Counted from the first letter of the whole stretch, positions 13,627 through 27,100 are shown. The stretch is DNA of 63,994 nt, filler included, from Dimargaris cristalligena (GCA_003614675.1; 6 parts of 6 records of this genome joined end to end with filler, not necessarily neighbours in it); one strand, 5' to 3'. Translations and numbers: made by a program. The notes: a model not told the origin generated them from the sequence alone.

Positions 13627-16012
13627 GATGTTGGTGATAATGAGACGAAGCGGGGTGGTCGACGGGGTAGACGCTTTCCTTTCTTTTGTTTTCTTAAATG
13701 TTGAGACAAGATAATGGTCTAGTGATGAATTTTGCCTAGATTGTGTACATGAAAGCACGTTAAACCCAGTAGTCCGGTTCAATAGATAATTAGATAAATT
13801 ACATTTAGTGAGCCAGGGGGTGCTAAAGCCATGCGGAATAGGGGGTATAATTGCGTGGCTGGAAGTTTATCGAGTATAATGACAAGCTTACCTTTGAAAT
13901 GAGGATATTTAGTCCTATATGCCTAGAAGTGCAAAAATGCTAATGAGATATGCAATTGACTACTGTTCACGGAGCAGGATCCTATATATATATATGTATG
14001 TATGGATCGACAAGCTGCCCTATGTTGCTATAGTTCAAGGTAGTCTAGATCCTTTTGGACAGAGGAAAGGGACGGTAGGGTAGGGGATGAGGTCTATCCT
14101 TGTTTAAAATACTAAGCTGATCTTCGAACTGGCTGCTGGATTTTAAACTAGCATGTGCGGGAGGGGAGTTTGGCCATACTGGCGCCAGTATCCCTCTGGT
14201 CGCGGCTAATTACTTTGGCGGCTGCTAGGCGGGAGAAGACTGTTCCCCTATTATAAGAACAAGAAGAAATTGGCCAAGCGACACACTGCTTGAGTTGATC
14301 AACCAAGTTTTTTATAGCCCTTGGCCATTGACGGGTTTGCTGAGCGAGTGCGGCGGTATTTGGTGGTTCTTTCGCCGCAATATCATAATTCCCTGATAGC
14401 ATTGCCTGCTTAAATTGAAAATAAGTACTGATTATGTGAGGGTGCTAATCCATTTAACAAAGCCAGTATGAACAGGGCGAGTTGGATAGGCCGCCTTGAT
14501 GGGACAGTTAAGGTATGGTGGGGGGAGGGGGTTTGAACGGCCAACTCCATACCATTTTCCTTTATCATTATTTCCATATTGGTTGGAGGTAGATTAGCCT
14601 CGTCTTGATGTTGGCTCGCAATTCACCCAACGTGGAGTTAACAGATAATGGGGGGAGAGGGCCCCTAACTATCGGCAATTGGTGCTATTTTTAGAGTCGT
14701 TGGTCTAACTGCAATACAGACTATCAAAATGAGTCGGCTCCATACTTTGCCGGTTAGTAAAATAGGAGTAGATGCAGGAAAATACAGGATTGGGGCCCTC
14801 AATCCGTCAATCCTTTTGGTATTCTATGCCCCCCTCTACTGTAGTCACTCCCCCAAAACCTTACACATTGTGCATGGGGTTTACGCGGACTCCGAGACCA
14901 CCGCGAAGGTGGGAGTAGTACGACTAAACCAAGTGCAGATACCCCAAGGTGGACTCGATTAGTGAATGTCGTCCCCCGACGTTGGTACAGACCTCCGAGT
15001 GGCGTGGTAGTGGTCAAGTAGTCGAAGGTGTTCCGGTCGGGCTTGCAACTACACAATACCAGTCATTCGGGTTAGGCATGCCTACTTAGCGTACCAAAAA
15101 ACTAGGAGTTGTTGAACCACATTTTCTCTACCATAAGTAATGACGAACCAATTGTCGTCAAAATTAAACCCCTCGCGAAAAACTCAGGCTGCTCTCTTAA
15201 ACCGTGGAACTAGTATTTTTCACTTCCTCCCTTTATAAGCAGATAAGCTTAACGAATACATTACAGAATCTATCAATTGGCAAAGGATCCACCAGCTGGG
15301 GGGCTATGATTTTTCGTAAGGCCAGGCTTGCATTGATTTGGTATGGAACTTATACATAATTGGAGAGAGGTGCGTAATTTATACGCCCCCTTCGTTTTCT
15401 AACGAAATACCGTTAAATCTCAAATTTTTGATTACAGGTGCCCATATTTTTAATATACGGTGCTGATCATCAATATCTTTTAGTAATAATTGCAAGGCAT
15501 GTTGACGAACTCGTCCAGCTAATATAGTTGGATTGTCTTGGTGTGCTAGGATTTCTAGGCGCATCACCGCCAGTCAGGTGAGTCGCACCGGCATGGGTCT
15601 TGCGCTTGGGCTTATACGTAACAGGCAGCCAAAGGTACCGTCCGTATAGGAAGAAAAGGCGAGAGGGTCCTCCGCTTATCGAGTTCCTGCCATACATTCT
15701 GTCACTTTCACCTTCTTCAAGCCAATAGCTGTTACAGAGAGCAGACTCACTCCGCCCACTTTGTAGCTTCCCTTGATCTCATCCTCCAGTCCCGCCGAAC
15801 CCAAGCTCCCTTTTCGTTATCTTTGCTTGCTGAATTCTCTTTCTGTTTTGCATTCACTTACCAAGGAAGAAAGCCCCGCCTACCAGCTGTCCTCACTGTA
15901 GCTCACCAGCATATTCCCAAGTAGCATTCCATTCACTGGCTTATATTATAGCCCTTGGTTCTTTCTTTACAGTTTCAGGTCACCCCTCCAATTTCTATAA
16001 CTATACAGCAAC

Positions 16013-19000
16013 ATGGGTCGGAAGAAGGGCGGACGCAAAGCTCAGGACGATTACTGGTAAGTAGGATCTCTATTCTCTTAAACCCCGCTTCTGGGATCCC
16101 CTCCCCCCTGACCTCCACGAGGCCCGTTGTACTATGGTAGTCGGTCGGGGTGAGGTCAAAAACCCACTTAATTTTTACCTCCAGGGGTGACCCCGCCGTT
16201 CCAATGTCGACAGCCTTCTCACCGAGTGAATCCCCTATGCCATGCGTTACTAAACTAGGGATAATGAGTTCGAAGACGACCAGGCCATGCTGGTCGAGGA
16301 AAAGTCCAGCGGCGAGGAAGCCGGCGACGATGGCGGTCTAATGGGCCTCATGGGTCGTTCCAAGAATAAGAAGAAGACTAAGGGCAAGTCCCGCTTCGCC
16401 GCCCCCGAGTCAGAACCTGAGCTGTCCGAATCAGAATCCGAGCCTGAGCCTGAGCCTGAGCCCGAGCCCATCCCCACACCTGCTAAAAAGAAGGGCAAGG
16501 GTAAGAAGGGCAAGGGTGCTAAAGTAGCCGAAATCCCCGACTTCGAATCCGAGCCCGAGGAGGTGCTTTCGGAGGAGGAAATTCCCCCGGCCCCCACGCT
16601 GGCCCAGAAGAAGGGCAAGGGTAAGAAGGGTAAAGCGGCCGCCCCGGTAGAAGAGGTCAAGGCTGTTGTTGCTGAACTCCCGAAGAAGGGTAAGAAGGGC
16701 AAGGCCGCCGCCCCCGTCGAGCCCGAACCCGTGCCCGAGCCGGTTGCCCCGACGGATGCTGCTGATTCCAAGAAGGCCCCCAAGGGCAAGAAGAAGAACA
16801 CCAAACTGACGGCTCTCCAGAAGATGGTCGAAGCCCGGAAAGCGGCCGAGGAAGAGGCCCAGCGTCGCGCCGAGGAGGAGAAGCGTCGGCGAGAGGAAGA
16901 GGAGCGCGTGCGAGCGGAAGAAGAAGAACGGGAGTATCTGGCCCTAAAGGAGCGCAAAGAACAAGAAAAGGTAGGGCACCTGTGACATTGGTTGTCGGCG
17001 GTGACGGTTATTTTGTTTGTTTTACCCACCGTGTTCTCTGACTCTCTCTCTCTCTCTCACTTATCGGCCGATGGGGTTGGATATACCATGGGCCAATAGC
17101 TATTGTAAATAGTACTATCCAAGGGAGCCCATCTTGTCCTAGCCTCTTAGTGTCTCTGGGCTTTAATGGCCTGCTGCTTACCGGTTTCTAATTACCCTGT
17201 CTGAAATCTTTGATCTATGTGAATGGTTTCCAATCTACTTCATCTAGGCCCGCAAAGAAAAACTTCGCAAGGAAGGAAAGCTCCTGACCAAGGCTCAGAA
17301 GGAGGCCCAGAAGCGAAACACTGCCCGTCTCCAGCAATTGCTCGACTCAGGTGTCCAAGTCGCCGGTTTACAGTCCAAGAATGCCGAGGATTCGGACAGC
17401 AAAGTCAAGCCCGCTAAGGGTAAGGGCAAAGGTAAAGGCAAGGGCAAGAAGCAAGAAGCTTCCGTGGACGACGTCGCCGAATCCGTTGCCGAACTTAAAA
17501 TTAAAGAGGTTGCGGAGCCCATTCCGGAACCTGAGGCGAAAGAGGATGACGATGGCGACGACGACTGGGAAAAACTATTGGAGAGCAGCGAAGATGAAGA
17601 AGTCGAGTCTAAGCCCGCAACCGCTGCAACTGCGGAAGCCGACCAATCAGAAGACGACAGCGAGGACGACAATAGCGACGATGACGATTCGGATGACGAC
17701 AGCTCCGATGAAGAAGCCACTGCGGCTGAGCGGGCCGCTTTCCAGCGCAAGCAAGAAGCCGCCGAACGCCGCGAGAAGCGCCATCAGGCGGCTTTGGAGG
17801 CGCGCAGTGCCGACGATTTGCGGTCTCCCATTTGCTGTATTCTGGGGCATGTTGATACTGGTAAATGTTTCGGGCGTGGAACACATATTCTGATGGCTGA
17901 CGGGTCGGAGCGTGCGGTTGAGACCATCGTTGACGGAGAGTACGTTTTGGGTGACGATAGCACTCCTCGCCTCGTCACCGGTACAACCCAGGGGCGTGGC
18001 CCCATGTACCGCATCAATCCTACTTCCGAGGCCCTGGCCCAAAGCTTCGTTTGTAACGACGCCCATATCATGGTGTTGCGGTTACCGAACGAACCCCAAT
18101 TGGTCAATGGTCATAATGCCGACTCCGCCCATGGTGCCCTAAAAGTCCGCTACCTGACCCTAAATACCGCAGCGGTCCTGTCGGAAAACCACATGGTAGT
18201 TGAGCAAAACCAACTCTTTACGTATCCGTCTGAAGCCCACCCCGACCTCGCGTCCGCTCTGGACAGTGCCCACTCCACTATGGCCCAGCTTCGCACCGCA
18301 AAGTCGGATATTCACTGGCAACCCAGTGTAACCACTTTCCTGCGCGCATCGGCTACGGTCCAGGCCCTTGCCCGGATGTACCACCCGGCCCAGGTGTCCG
18401 CCATCCGGTCCCAGGGCCCCTTCATGCAGTTGGTGGGACCCGCTCAGGCCTCTGAGCCCGAGTCTCTTAAGGACCTGGCCCACCTCGCTGGTGTTCACTT
18501 TGCCCAGGGCCCTTGGTTCGCCTGTGCCCCTAAAACCCTGCCCAACGACGGGGTTGCCCATCTCCTCCAAGGCTTGAGCTTCGCGGAATACCTGGACATG
18601 TTCCGTTGGGAAGATTCTGAATTGGTCCGCGACCCCTTCCTTACTAGCGTATTGACCACAGCCGGTAAATTGACGTCCGACGGTACTTTGTACTCGTTGC
18701 CCCTGACCGATTCCAAACTGGCCCCGGCCCTCGCCGTCATCCTCCGCGCTGGCGGCTACCAAGTCCTGGGCACCTCCACAGGCCTGCAGGTTACCGCCAA
18801 CTCCGGTCCCAGTGCCGACCTTTCCCGGACCTGGTCCTTCACCGTGTCTGCCTTGGGTGAAGACGACTACTTCGGTTTCTGCGTCGACGGCAACCATCGT
18901 TTCCTGCTGCCCGACCTGACCGTGACCCACAACACCAAACTCCTGGACAAGATTCGCCAAACCAACGTCCAAGAGGGCGAAGCCGGAGGTATCACCCAAC

Positions 19001-20694
19001 AGATTGGTGCCACTTACTTCCCCATGGACGCCATCAAGGCCAAGACCGCCCTGCTCAACAAGACCGGCAAGGTCGAATACAAAGTACCCGGGCTCTTGGT
19101 GATTGACACCCCTGGGCACGAATCGTTCACCAACCTGCGGTCGCGTGGTTCGTCGCTGTGTAACATCGCTATTTTGGTCGTCGATATTATGCACGGTCTG
19201 GAACCCCAGACTCTGGAATCCATCCGGTTGCTCCGCCAGCGTAAGACCCCCTTCATTGTCGCCTTGAACAAGATTGACCGTCTCTACGACTGGAAACCAG
19301 TGCCCAACAATCCCTTCCGCGACAGTCTGGCCCTGCAGAGCAAGTCCGTGCAGCGGGAATTCGAAACCCGCGTGGAACAGACGCTGGTGGCCTTTGCCGA
19401 ACAGGGTCTCAACGCCTGTCTGTATTACAAGAATAAGAACTTGGGTAAATATGTGTCCTTGGTCCCGACTTCCGCCATCTCCGGCGAGGGTATCCCCGAT
19501 CTCCTGTTGCTCCTTGTCAGTCTGACCCAGTCCCGTATGACGGAGAAACTCATGTACCTGTCGGAACTCGAGTGTACCGTGCTGGAAGTGAAGGTCATTG
19601 AGGGCCTGGGTACTACCATCGATGTGGTGCTGTCCAACGGTGTTCTTAACGAAGGCGACCGTATCGTTGTGTGCGGTCTCAACGGCCCCATCACTACCAA
19701 CGTGCGGGCCCTACTTACCCCCCAGCCCATGCGCGAACTCCGGGTGAAGTCGGCCTACGTGCACCACAAGACCATCAAGGCGGCCATGGGGGTGAAGATC
19801 TGTGCCCCCGATCTGGAGAAGGCCATCGCCGGTTCGCGACTCCTGGTGGTCGGTCCCGATGACGATGAAGAGGACCTGGAGGATTTGGTCATGGAGGACC
19901 TCGAGGCCATGATCAATTCCATCAAGAAGGTGGACCGCGGTGTGTACGTACAGGCCTCCACCCTGGGCTCCCTGGAAGCGCTCCTCGAATTTTTGCGCAC
20001 TTCGGAAATCCCGGTCTCGGGTATCAACATTGGTCCGGTGCACAAGAAGGATGTGATGCGCGCCGCCACCATGTTGGACCGGGCCAAGGAGTACGCCGTC
20101 ATGCTGTGCTTCGACGTCAAGGTGGACCGCGAGGTCATGGAACTGGCCACCGACTTGGGGGTCAAAGTATTCACGGCTGAAATCATCTACCACTTGTTCG
20201 ATCAATTCAAGGCCTACTCCGAAGCCATCACGGAACAGAAGCGGAAGGACCAGGCCCCCCAGGCCGTCTTCCCCTGTGTGCTCAAGATGATCCCCGGGGC
20301 CGTGTTCAATAAGCGCGACCCCATCGTGATTGGCGTGGATGTCATTGAAGGCGCCTTGCGCACGGGCACCCCCGTCTGCGTGGTGGAAGAAGACCCCGAA
20401 ACCAAAGAAACTCGTACCGTGTCCCTCGGTAAGGTCACCAGTATCGAACAGAACCATAAGCCCCAGGAAATCGTCAAGAAGGGCCAGGCAGCCGGTGGCG
20501 TGGCCATTAAGATTGAACTGCCCGTGTACGAGTCGTCCAAAATGTACGGGCGGCACTTTACCGATAATCAAGAAATTTACTCCCTTATCACGCGAGGCTC
20601 CATCGATGTGCTCAAGGAGTCATTCCGTAAGGACGTGTCCAAGGATGAGTGGGCCCTGATTGTGCGCCTCAAGAAGGTCCTCAATATTGCCTAA
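16013..20694 (+). CDS. FUN12: Eukaryotic translation initiation factor 5B (IF2 homologue), intein-containing precursor (about 1400 aa; about 1044 aa after splicing)
   Basis: Exons 16013-16056, 16259-16970, 17248-20694 join in frame. Charged N-terminus; [16 protein letters not shown] / [64 protein letters not shown]. Confidence 0.97.
17866..18933 (+). mobile_element. Intein (356 aa, class 1, VMA1/PI-SceI-like Hint) with degenerate LAGLIDADG homing endonuclease, inserted in the eIF5B Walker A motif
   Basis: In-frame insertion [21 protein letters not shown]...[11 protein letters not shown]...[30 protein letters not shown]: block A Cys1, block B His, block F, block G His-Asn, +1 Thr. Confidence 0.96.
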
Positions 20695-21797
20695 ATTACC
20701 CAACCAAGGGGGAATTGCCCCCTCGTTGACCCCTTTTATTTCAGGGGAAGGGGGTTAACCACAGATACACAAATGTTGGAGGAGGCGTGGATTTCTTGTA
20801 TATTCAGCCCATCGCTCCAATATGGATATGGAGGCGGAGAGAATATTGGACTTGGATCATTACAGTTAGTTCATGCTCACCTTACCTCACATCACGCGGA
20901 TGGCCTACTACTACGAGTTTTATTTCAAGTTATATCCGTGTGATTTATCAGGCGTCTCTTATCGTCTATTTTCTCTTTCTTCCCATACTCTATACTTGCC
21001 CATTATTTTTTTGCTTGCTTTAAATGTTGAACACCGGGATTATCTTCGTCCATCCCGCAAAGTACCTTCAAAGTTATATATATATATAAATATCCCCTTC
21101 TACATCTATTCGTGGTGGTCACGGCGAATCGTCCTCTTCGTCCGCTTTGATCCAACTCTATTAAGTAGGGCTAAGATAATAAGGTTGCTATGGTTGATGT
21201 TGGGTATGTAAAAAATCATAAAAACAATTGCCCATGTCGCTGAAAAAAGCATGCGTAAGGATTTATTGTGGCAAGATCAGTTTAAGCAACAACAACCCAG
21301 CACGTAAATGAAGTATCTAGATTCCTTGGCTACATTAGTCCCAAAGACTTAATCCAAAAGTCTTGTTACGGTGTCTCTAATAAAGTAGCAACATTCAATC
21401 GTTCGATTCAAGAGATGATAAATGTTTTATCTAGTGATATTTATAAAAATTAGACAAATACAATAGCAAAATACATACTGATAACGATATAATTAAAATA
21501 TAAATCGCAAAAAAATAAAAGACGAATCACCTGGGTAGGGTTAAGGGAAGCGATGCACAAAAAGGGATACACTTATATATATATAAAAAGGGCTGAAATT
21601 ATTAATATATTGTACTAATTATGACAAACAAGCGAGATAAATACAAAATAAATAAATAGGTTGTTTCTATAGCAAGGCAGAGAGGGTTCGCTCACCTTTC
21701 TGGTTTAACTAGACACCACCACAACCTTAGCCAAGGCACTCAGCCCCATTCCTGCCCCCCCTGTTCCGGCCCATCCGACTGGGTCACCCACCTTCAT

Positions 21798-21897
21798 NNN
21801 NNNNNNNNNNNNNNNNNNNNNNNNNNNNNNNNNNNNNNNNNTTAATTAATTAANNNNNNNNNNNNNNNNNNNNNNNNNNNNNNNNNNNNNNNNNNNN
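21798..21897. other. Artificial contig linker
   Basis: N44-TTAATTAATTAA-N44. Confidence 0.97.
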
Positions 21898-22463
21898 GGT
21901 GATGAAGCAGTGAATTTCGAGAGAGCTTAGGATTTTAATTTTTTTAAAAAAGCGAAATATTTCAACTAAATTCTGGACTCAATTTTAATAATCGGGCCTA
22001 GCTTCCCCCACCATTATAGCACATTAAAATTTGACTAGGTAGTGAGTGATGCGGTAAAATAATTTGGCTGCAAAAATGCCAAGTCCACCAGGGGTGTTTT
22101 CCCTCAAATGTAGGGGAGCAAGGGGGGGGGAGGAAGAGTGACAACCGGCGACTAAAAACAGTGTACCAGTTGAAGGTTTAGGCAGCATAAGACCGGCCGA
22201 AAGTTGGAGAAGAGCCAGTGGATATTATAGCCCAGCCTTCCCTAAGCCTCCCAGCAGTGAAAACAGGTTTCCTACACCGAATATACTGGTACGTTTAGAC
22301 TATTCCCAATTCAGTACCTAAGAGCAACCCAGGGCGATTATTACTCAACCGATGTATTGGATTTTATTAAATTCTCGTTGGTCCAAATGACTATTGTATT
22401 AACCCTTTTTTTTTGTTTTTGAGTATATAGTTATACCAAATGAATATTACAAACCAGCTTATG

Positions 22464-24108
22464 CTATATGGTTCCTACGAGTTTGGAGTTAGCCCGGAGG
22501 AATTTCCCAAACACATCTTCCATGAGCAGCTGGGAAACTTCATCCTTGGCGGCGTCGAACATGGTCCAGTGGAACTGTTCCCGTTCCACCATGGCCTTTA
22601 AGGGGGCGAGTGTCCGACCGCTGATGTTCACCTCCCACGCCGACCCGTCGACGAAGTAGCGCTCGTAAAAGCAGTAGTAGTCGATAGCCAGGTCAGAGGG
22701 TATGGGGTGTTCAGCGGCAGGGCCTAGGTCATGGACAATGGGGTTCGGGAGGAGGGAGACGCGGCAGACTTCCGGTCGTCGCTCTTCGGGCCCCGAATGA
22801 TCGGAGGTGAAGCCACTGGTCGTGGTCGCGTTCGGATGCGCAGGGGGGGGAAGCTCGCGGATGCCCGGCCGTCCCTGGGCTCTCACTACCGCCGAACGTA
22901 GCTTGGTCATGATCCGAATTGCGGCTCACAAACCACTTTCCAAACGGACTGGGGGGGATCGGGATGATGGCTTCGGTGGATATGTTCCAAAAATTTTGGT
23001 AATGGGGTGGGTTCTGGCTTTGGTTCCGGTGGCGGCTAGACAGATCCGGAAGACGGTAATTGGGAGCGAACCGTTTCAGGGGTTTCTCAGCACTCATGTA
23101 CTCGACTGACTTGGCCTTTAGTCTCTGGTAATCGATGAGAAAAAACGGCAGCTCCGTGCAGAAATTATTTTCGCAAAACTTGCAGAACAGGGCCACTAAG
23201 TCGGGGTCGTTGATCACTTGATAAAATGTCGTTTGGTTGTGAAGAGAGAGGAGACCGTGGGTGCGGTATTCGCGCTCGGCGCGCAGCCAGGGAATAAAAA
23301 TGGAGGATACCTGGATGACCGTCACACTAACGGAGGGAAATACGAGGCTGGATAAGGGATAGGGAAACCCGTTGGGCACGAAATTGCAGACGAGAAAGAA
23401 GAGGTCAAACACCATACTGGTGCAGCAGGTGATGATTAAGTCGTTGCGCATGTAATACGCGTCGCGGATGTTCCGCATCATGTAGATGAGAGTCGGAAAA
23501 ATAACGGCAATATACAAGCAGCTTATGGTGGTAATCGGTAAACCCTCCCAACCCAGCGGACAGGCCATTTGGTTGGCCAGCAGGCCGAAGTAAGGGGAAA
23601 TGACCAAGCCGACCACCGCGTAAATCATCAGGGGGCTGGACAGGGCAAACATGTAAATAATCACCCACTTGTCGTCACTCAAGACCCGTGCCACCTTATA
23701 GTGCCGCTCCCAGAAGTCGGCGGGCCGTTCGGGATGAAGTAGGCGTTTGACCTTGGCGCTGGCCGTTTGTGCCATGGCAATGAGGCGCAGAGCGCGGGCA
23801 AAGAGCGCCGTGTGGACATAGTAAAATCCGAAATAGGACCCAATGTGCGCCACGGTACAGGGTACATAGGCGAGATTGCGCGACAGGTAAAGGGCGCAGA
23901 CTAGAGTAGCGCATAACCCGGTTACCAACGCCAGGGCCACCGAGCGCTTCTGGAGGTCCTTGCTGGTACGGCCGCGGTACCAGAAGAGACCCGTGGAGGT
24001 GAGGTGAAAAAGACAGACAATCACTATAATAGGAATGACGACGGCTTCGCGTAGAGCGGCATGCTCGTAATCCAGGCCTGGTACGATGACTTTGATTTGG
24101 GGTGCCAT
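22464..24108 (-). CDS. Seven-transmembrane receptor fused to an RGS domain (GprK/AtRGS1-like architecture); needs a 55-nt intron or a 1-nt frameshift correction
   Basis: ORF 24108-22729 has about 7 hydrophobic segments then RGS N-half (FYQVINDPDLVALFCKFCENNFCTELPFFLIDYQRLK). ORF 22910-22464 carries the RGS C-half (YERYFVDGSAWEVNIS...MFDAAKDEVSQLLMEDVFGKFL). Confidence 0.85.
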
Positions 24109-27100
24109 AGTGATAAAAGAAAAAGGGGCCTCAACCGCTCAGTCTCCGTTCACAGAAAATAAATTTAAAGGCTACCCCCGAGTAGGAGCGGGAAGAGACT
24201 GGCGTGGAAGGTATGTAAGTATGCGATACAATCAATTGCAACGACGAAGGTACAACTACTAAGTAATATTCGGGTGGTCGTATTCAAAATATTGGAAAAA
24301 ACAGCAACAAAGCTTTAGCTAACAGGTTTTCGTGAGTGTGGGGTATTCCAAGAGTGGTCACATACATAGTCGCGAGGGGCCCTTATTGTTGAGTGGGGTT
24401 GAAATTGATGGCGAACCAAGTACAAACGAAGAAGCTAATTGTACTTTACAGGGTTATTACGCTGGGACATTAGACCATCCACGGGCCACACAGTATAGAG
24501 AATGGAGGGCGGAAAATGTAATACGCTCGGCAGCGGGGGGTTTCTCCTAAGTAATAGCTACCTGTGAATGTGATTAAGATTTGAGTCCAATACCAAGAAT
24601 TGAAGAGCAGTAAGGCGCACAGACTGGTTTACAAACGGGTAATGTGGTTTCGCCTGTGTGCCAGGGGCGGGGTATGATGTGAAGGAATAGGGGGCACGAG
24701 TCCGAAAAATACTAGTCAAGCGGATGCAAGGGTACCCCGGGGCAGAGGATCGCGGTTGATATTAGCGAATAGACTGGACCATATGTATATATATAGAGAG
24801 AGAGTGATATATATATATATATATACTAATAAATCCACTATATAACGTAAAAGAGGGCACTGGATATAGAAGTGGCCTGGATCGGGAAGGGGCAAGTGTG
24901 GTATATAATCATTTATAACGTACAATACAGGTATTTCAAACGGAGGCGGGTTCTACACTCGTTCTTATATAATTACCACCTACAACATAACCTTCCCTGA
25001 TCTTAGCCATGCTCTTGCGCCCCTTTCAGGTGACATGTGGTTCAACGATCGCAGCCAAAAAAGGGTAATTAAAGTATCTGCGAGGCCATAGTGCCACTAC
25101 CGCATGCCCTTCGTAAACCTGAGCTGTCATAGCTGAGTAGCGTTGGCAAGGGTGCGAATCGCCCCTACCCATATTTTGCAACCCTTCTTCTCTAACTCGT
25201 TTATATATATATATCTGAATAAACTCATCATTCATTTAGATTTTATACTTGCTTTCGTCCCTTTTCTCAGCATACCTATCTTTGTGGGTATCACTGTTTA
25301 GAAGTAATTGGCTCTGGAAATAACTTGCACGCGGTTGCCTGCGTACATTTTTCTATACTTTGGTATTAAATTACGAATAGTAAGCTTACCATTTGGTGAG
25401 TTCAGCCCGGCCGAATTATTGGCATCCCCTAACCCTTTTTAATATAGAAAATGTGGGGTAGTGGGGTGTAGACTATGGCGTGCTTACCTGTATTTAAACC
25501 GTACATCGATGGATAGATATGCAGTTACGTGGAACATTAGTACAGGAGGCGAAGGTGGCAATATTATACGCCAGTCATTGCACCAAGTCATTTTTTTCCC
25601 GATCAGAGAATCGCTGCACTCCACCAAAATACGCCATTTTTTGAATATTGGCTGAGGGTATGCATGGCAGTTGTGTAGTAAGGCTGATTTCGGCGGGGGT
25701 CTCAATTTATACACCCAAAAAGCCAAATCCCAATGCCATTTATCCGACAATCGAAATGTGGAGGCGATATATTATATATACGGCCATCGACCGATCCATT
25801 CTCCTTTTTTATCTATTTCGCTAAATATGCGAGACTATCGAGGAAGTACACACGATTATATTTAGGCATAGTCGGCTCCAAAGTTATCATATTATATATT
25901 AGTGTCATTTCCTCCAACCATGCTATCGGTGGGCTTGGTCGGGGTGGGGGGAGGTATTTGGGATGGCAGCATATTTCTTATCATTTGGCCATGCGATCCG
26001 AACAGGGCTAAACTCAGCGACAACAGTCAACACTATTCGGCCGTTTAGGATAATCTGGTGGCCCAGTGGAATTGATCCACCACCCCTGCCTAATAAACTA
26101 TTAATAGAACCGAATACAGAATTCTGCCCCTTGGCTGAAGCGCCAGCATGTCGCTACTGGGGCCGTTTCCCCACCTTTCTGCTAAATCAATAAACAGCCA
26201 TATGTATAGAAACTGTCTCTTTGTAGTCTTATTTATGTATATGTATATATATACTAAGGCATGGTCAAGAGTCGGCATCTGGGCGAGGTAAAAGATTTTT
26301 GTGTATAGCCCACAGATTCATCTCAATATTATTGATGAACATACTATTACTGTAGTGAAATCGCATAGGTTAGTCCCGTTTATTATTATGGAGATTCTGG
26401 CATTCACCTCATGTCAACTTTCATTTTTTTCTTAAAAAAAAGGGACTGCGAATAATAATATAGTGCCTAAAACTCCGTTGGCCACTCCTTAGAGTTTCTC
26501 TGGTCGATTCCAATATGCTACAAAATAAATCACTGTCAACTATACTTGGACTACAACCATTTTGGTATGACCATACCAGCTGAAAATCAGACCAACCACT
26601 CGACTGTTAATGCGGGGAATCGTCCACATGTCACTATGCCAGCGAAATCACGTGCTCAATAAATATTCTAGTGGATTGAGTCTATTATACCGAGGTTCCT
26701 GAAGTGTAGATATCCCGGGCCAGGCGGGCCTTAATTCAAATATCTCTTATAGTGCGTTTGCTTTGGAGTTTCTCGATAGGCCGTTGGCTATATTTCCTTG
26801 GGTATCAGAGTTTTAAAAGTGGCAGTTATGTATTAATGTTACCCGGAGCTATGTAATTTTTAGATACGGGAAGGCAATATCATGTAGGCAAAATACAAGG
26901 GCAGTCTAAAATGTGCAATTCATTTCTGTCACCGTAGCCATTCCGATGGCGCCCCACTCCCATCTATAATTGGCAGGGTGCTATATGATTTACATCACCA
27001 CCAGCAGCAGTGACGAACTTTAGCATGTCTCCTTTGTGCTTTAGTTTAAAAACACCATTTTTACCCGTCGGAGGCATATTGGGCATATTGTAGTCGCCTT

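Noticed and set aside
14148-15697. Possible multi-exon minus-strand gene (e.g. MRLEILAHQDNPTILAGRVRQHALQLLLKD...)
   Set aside because: Could not build a consistent spliced model or recognise a family
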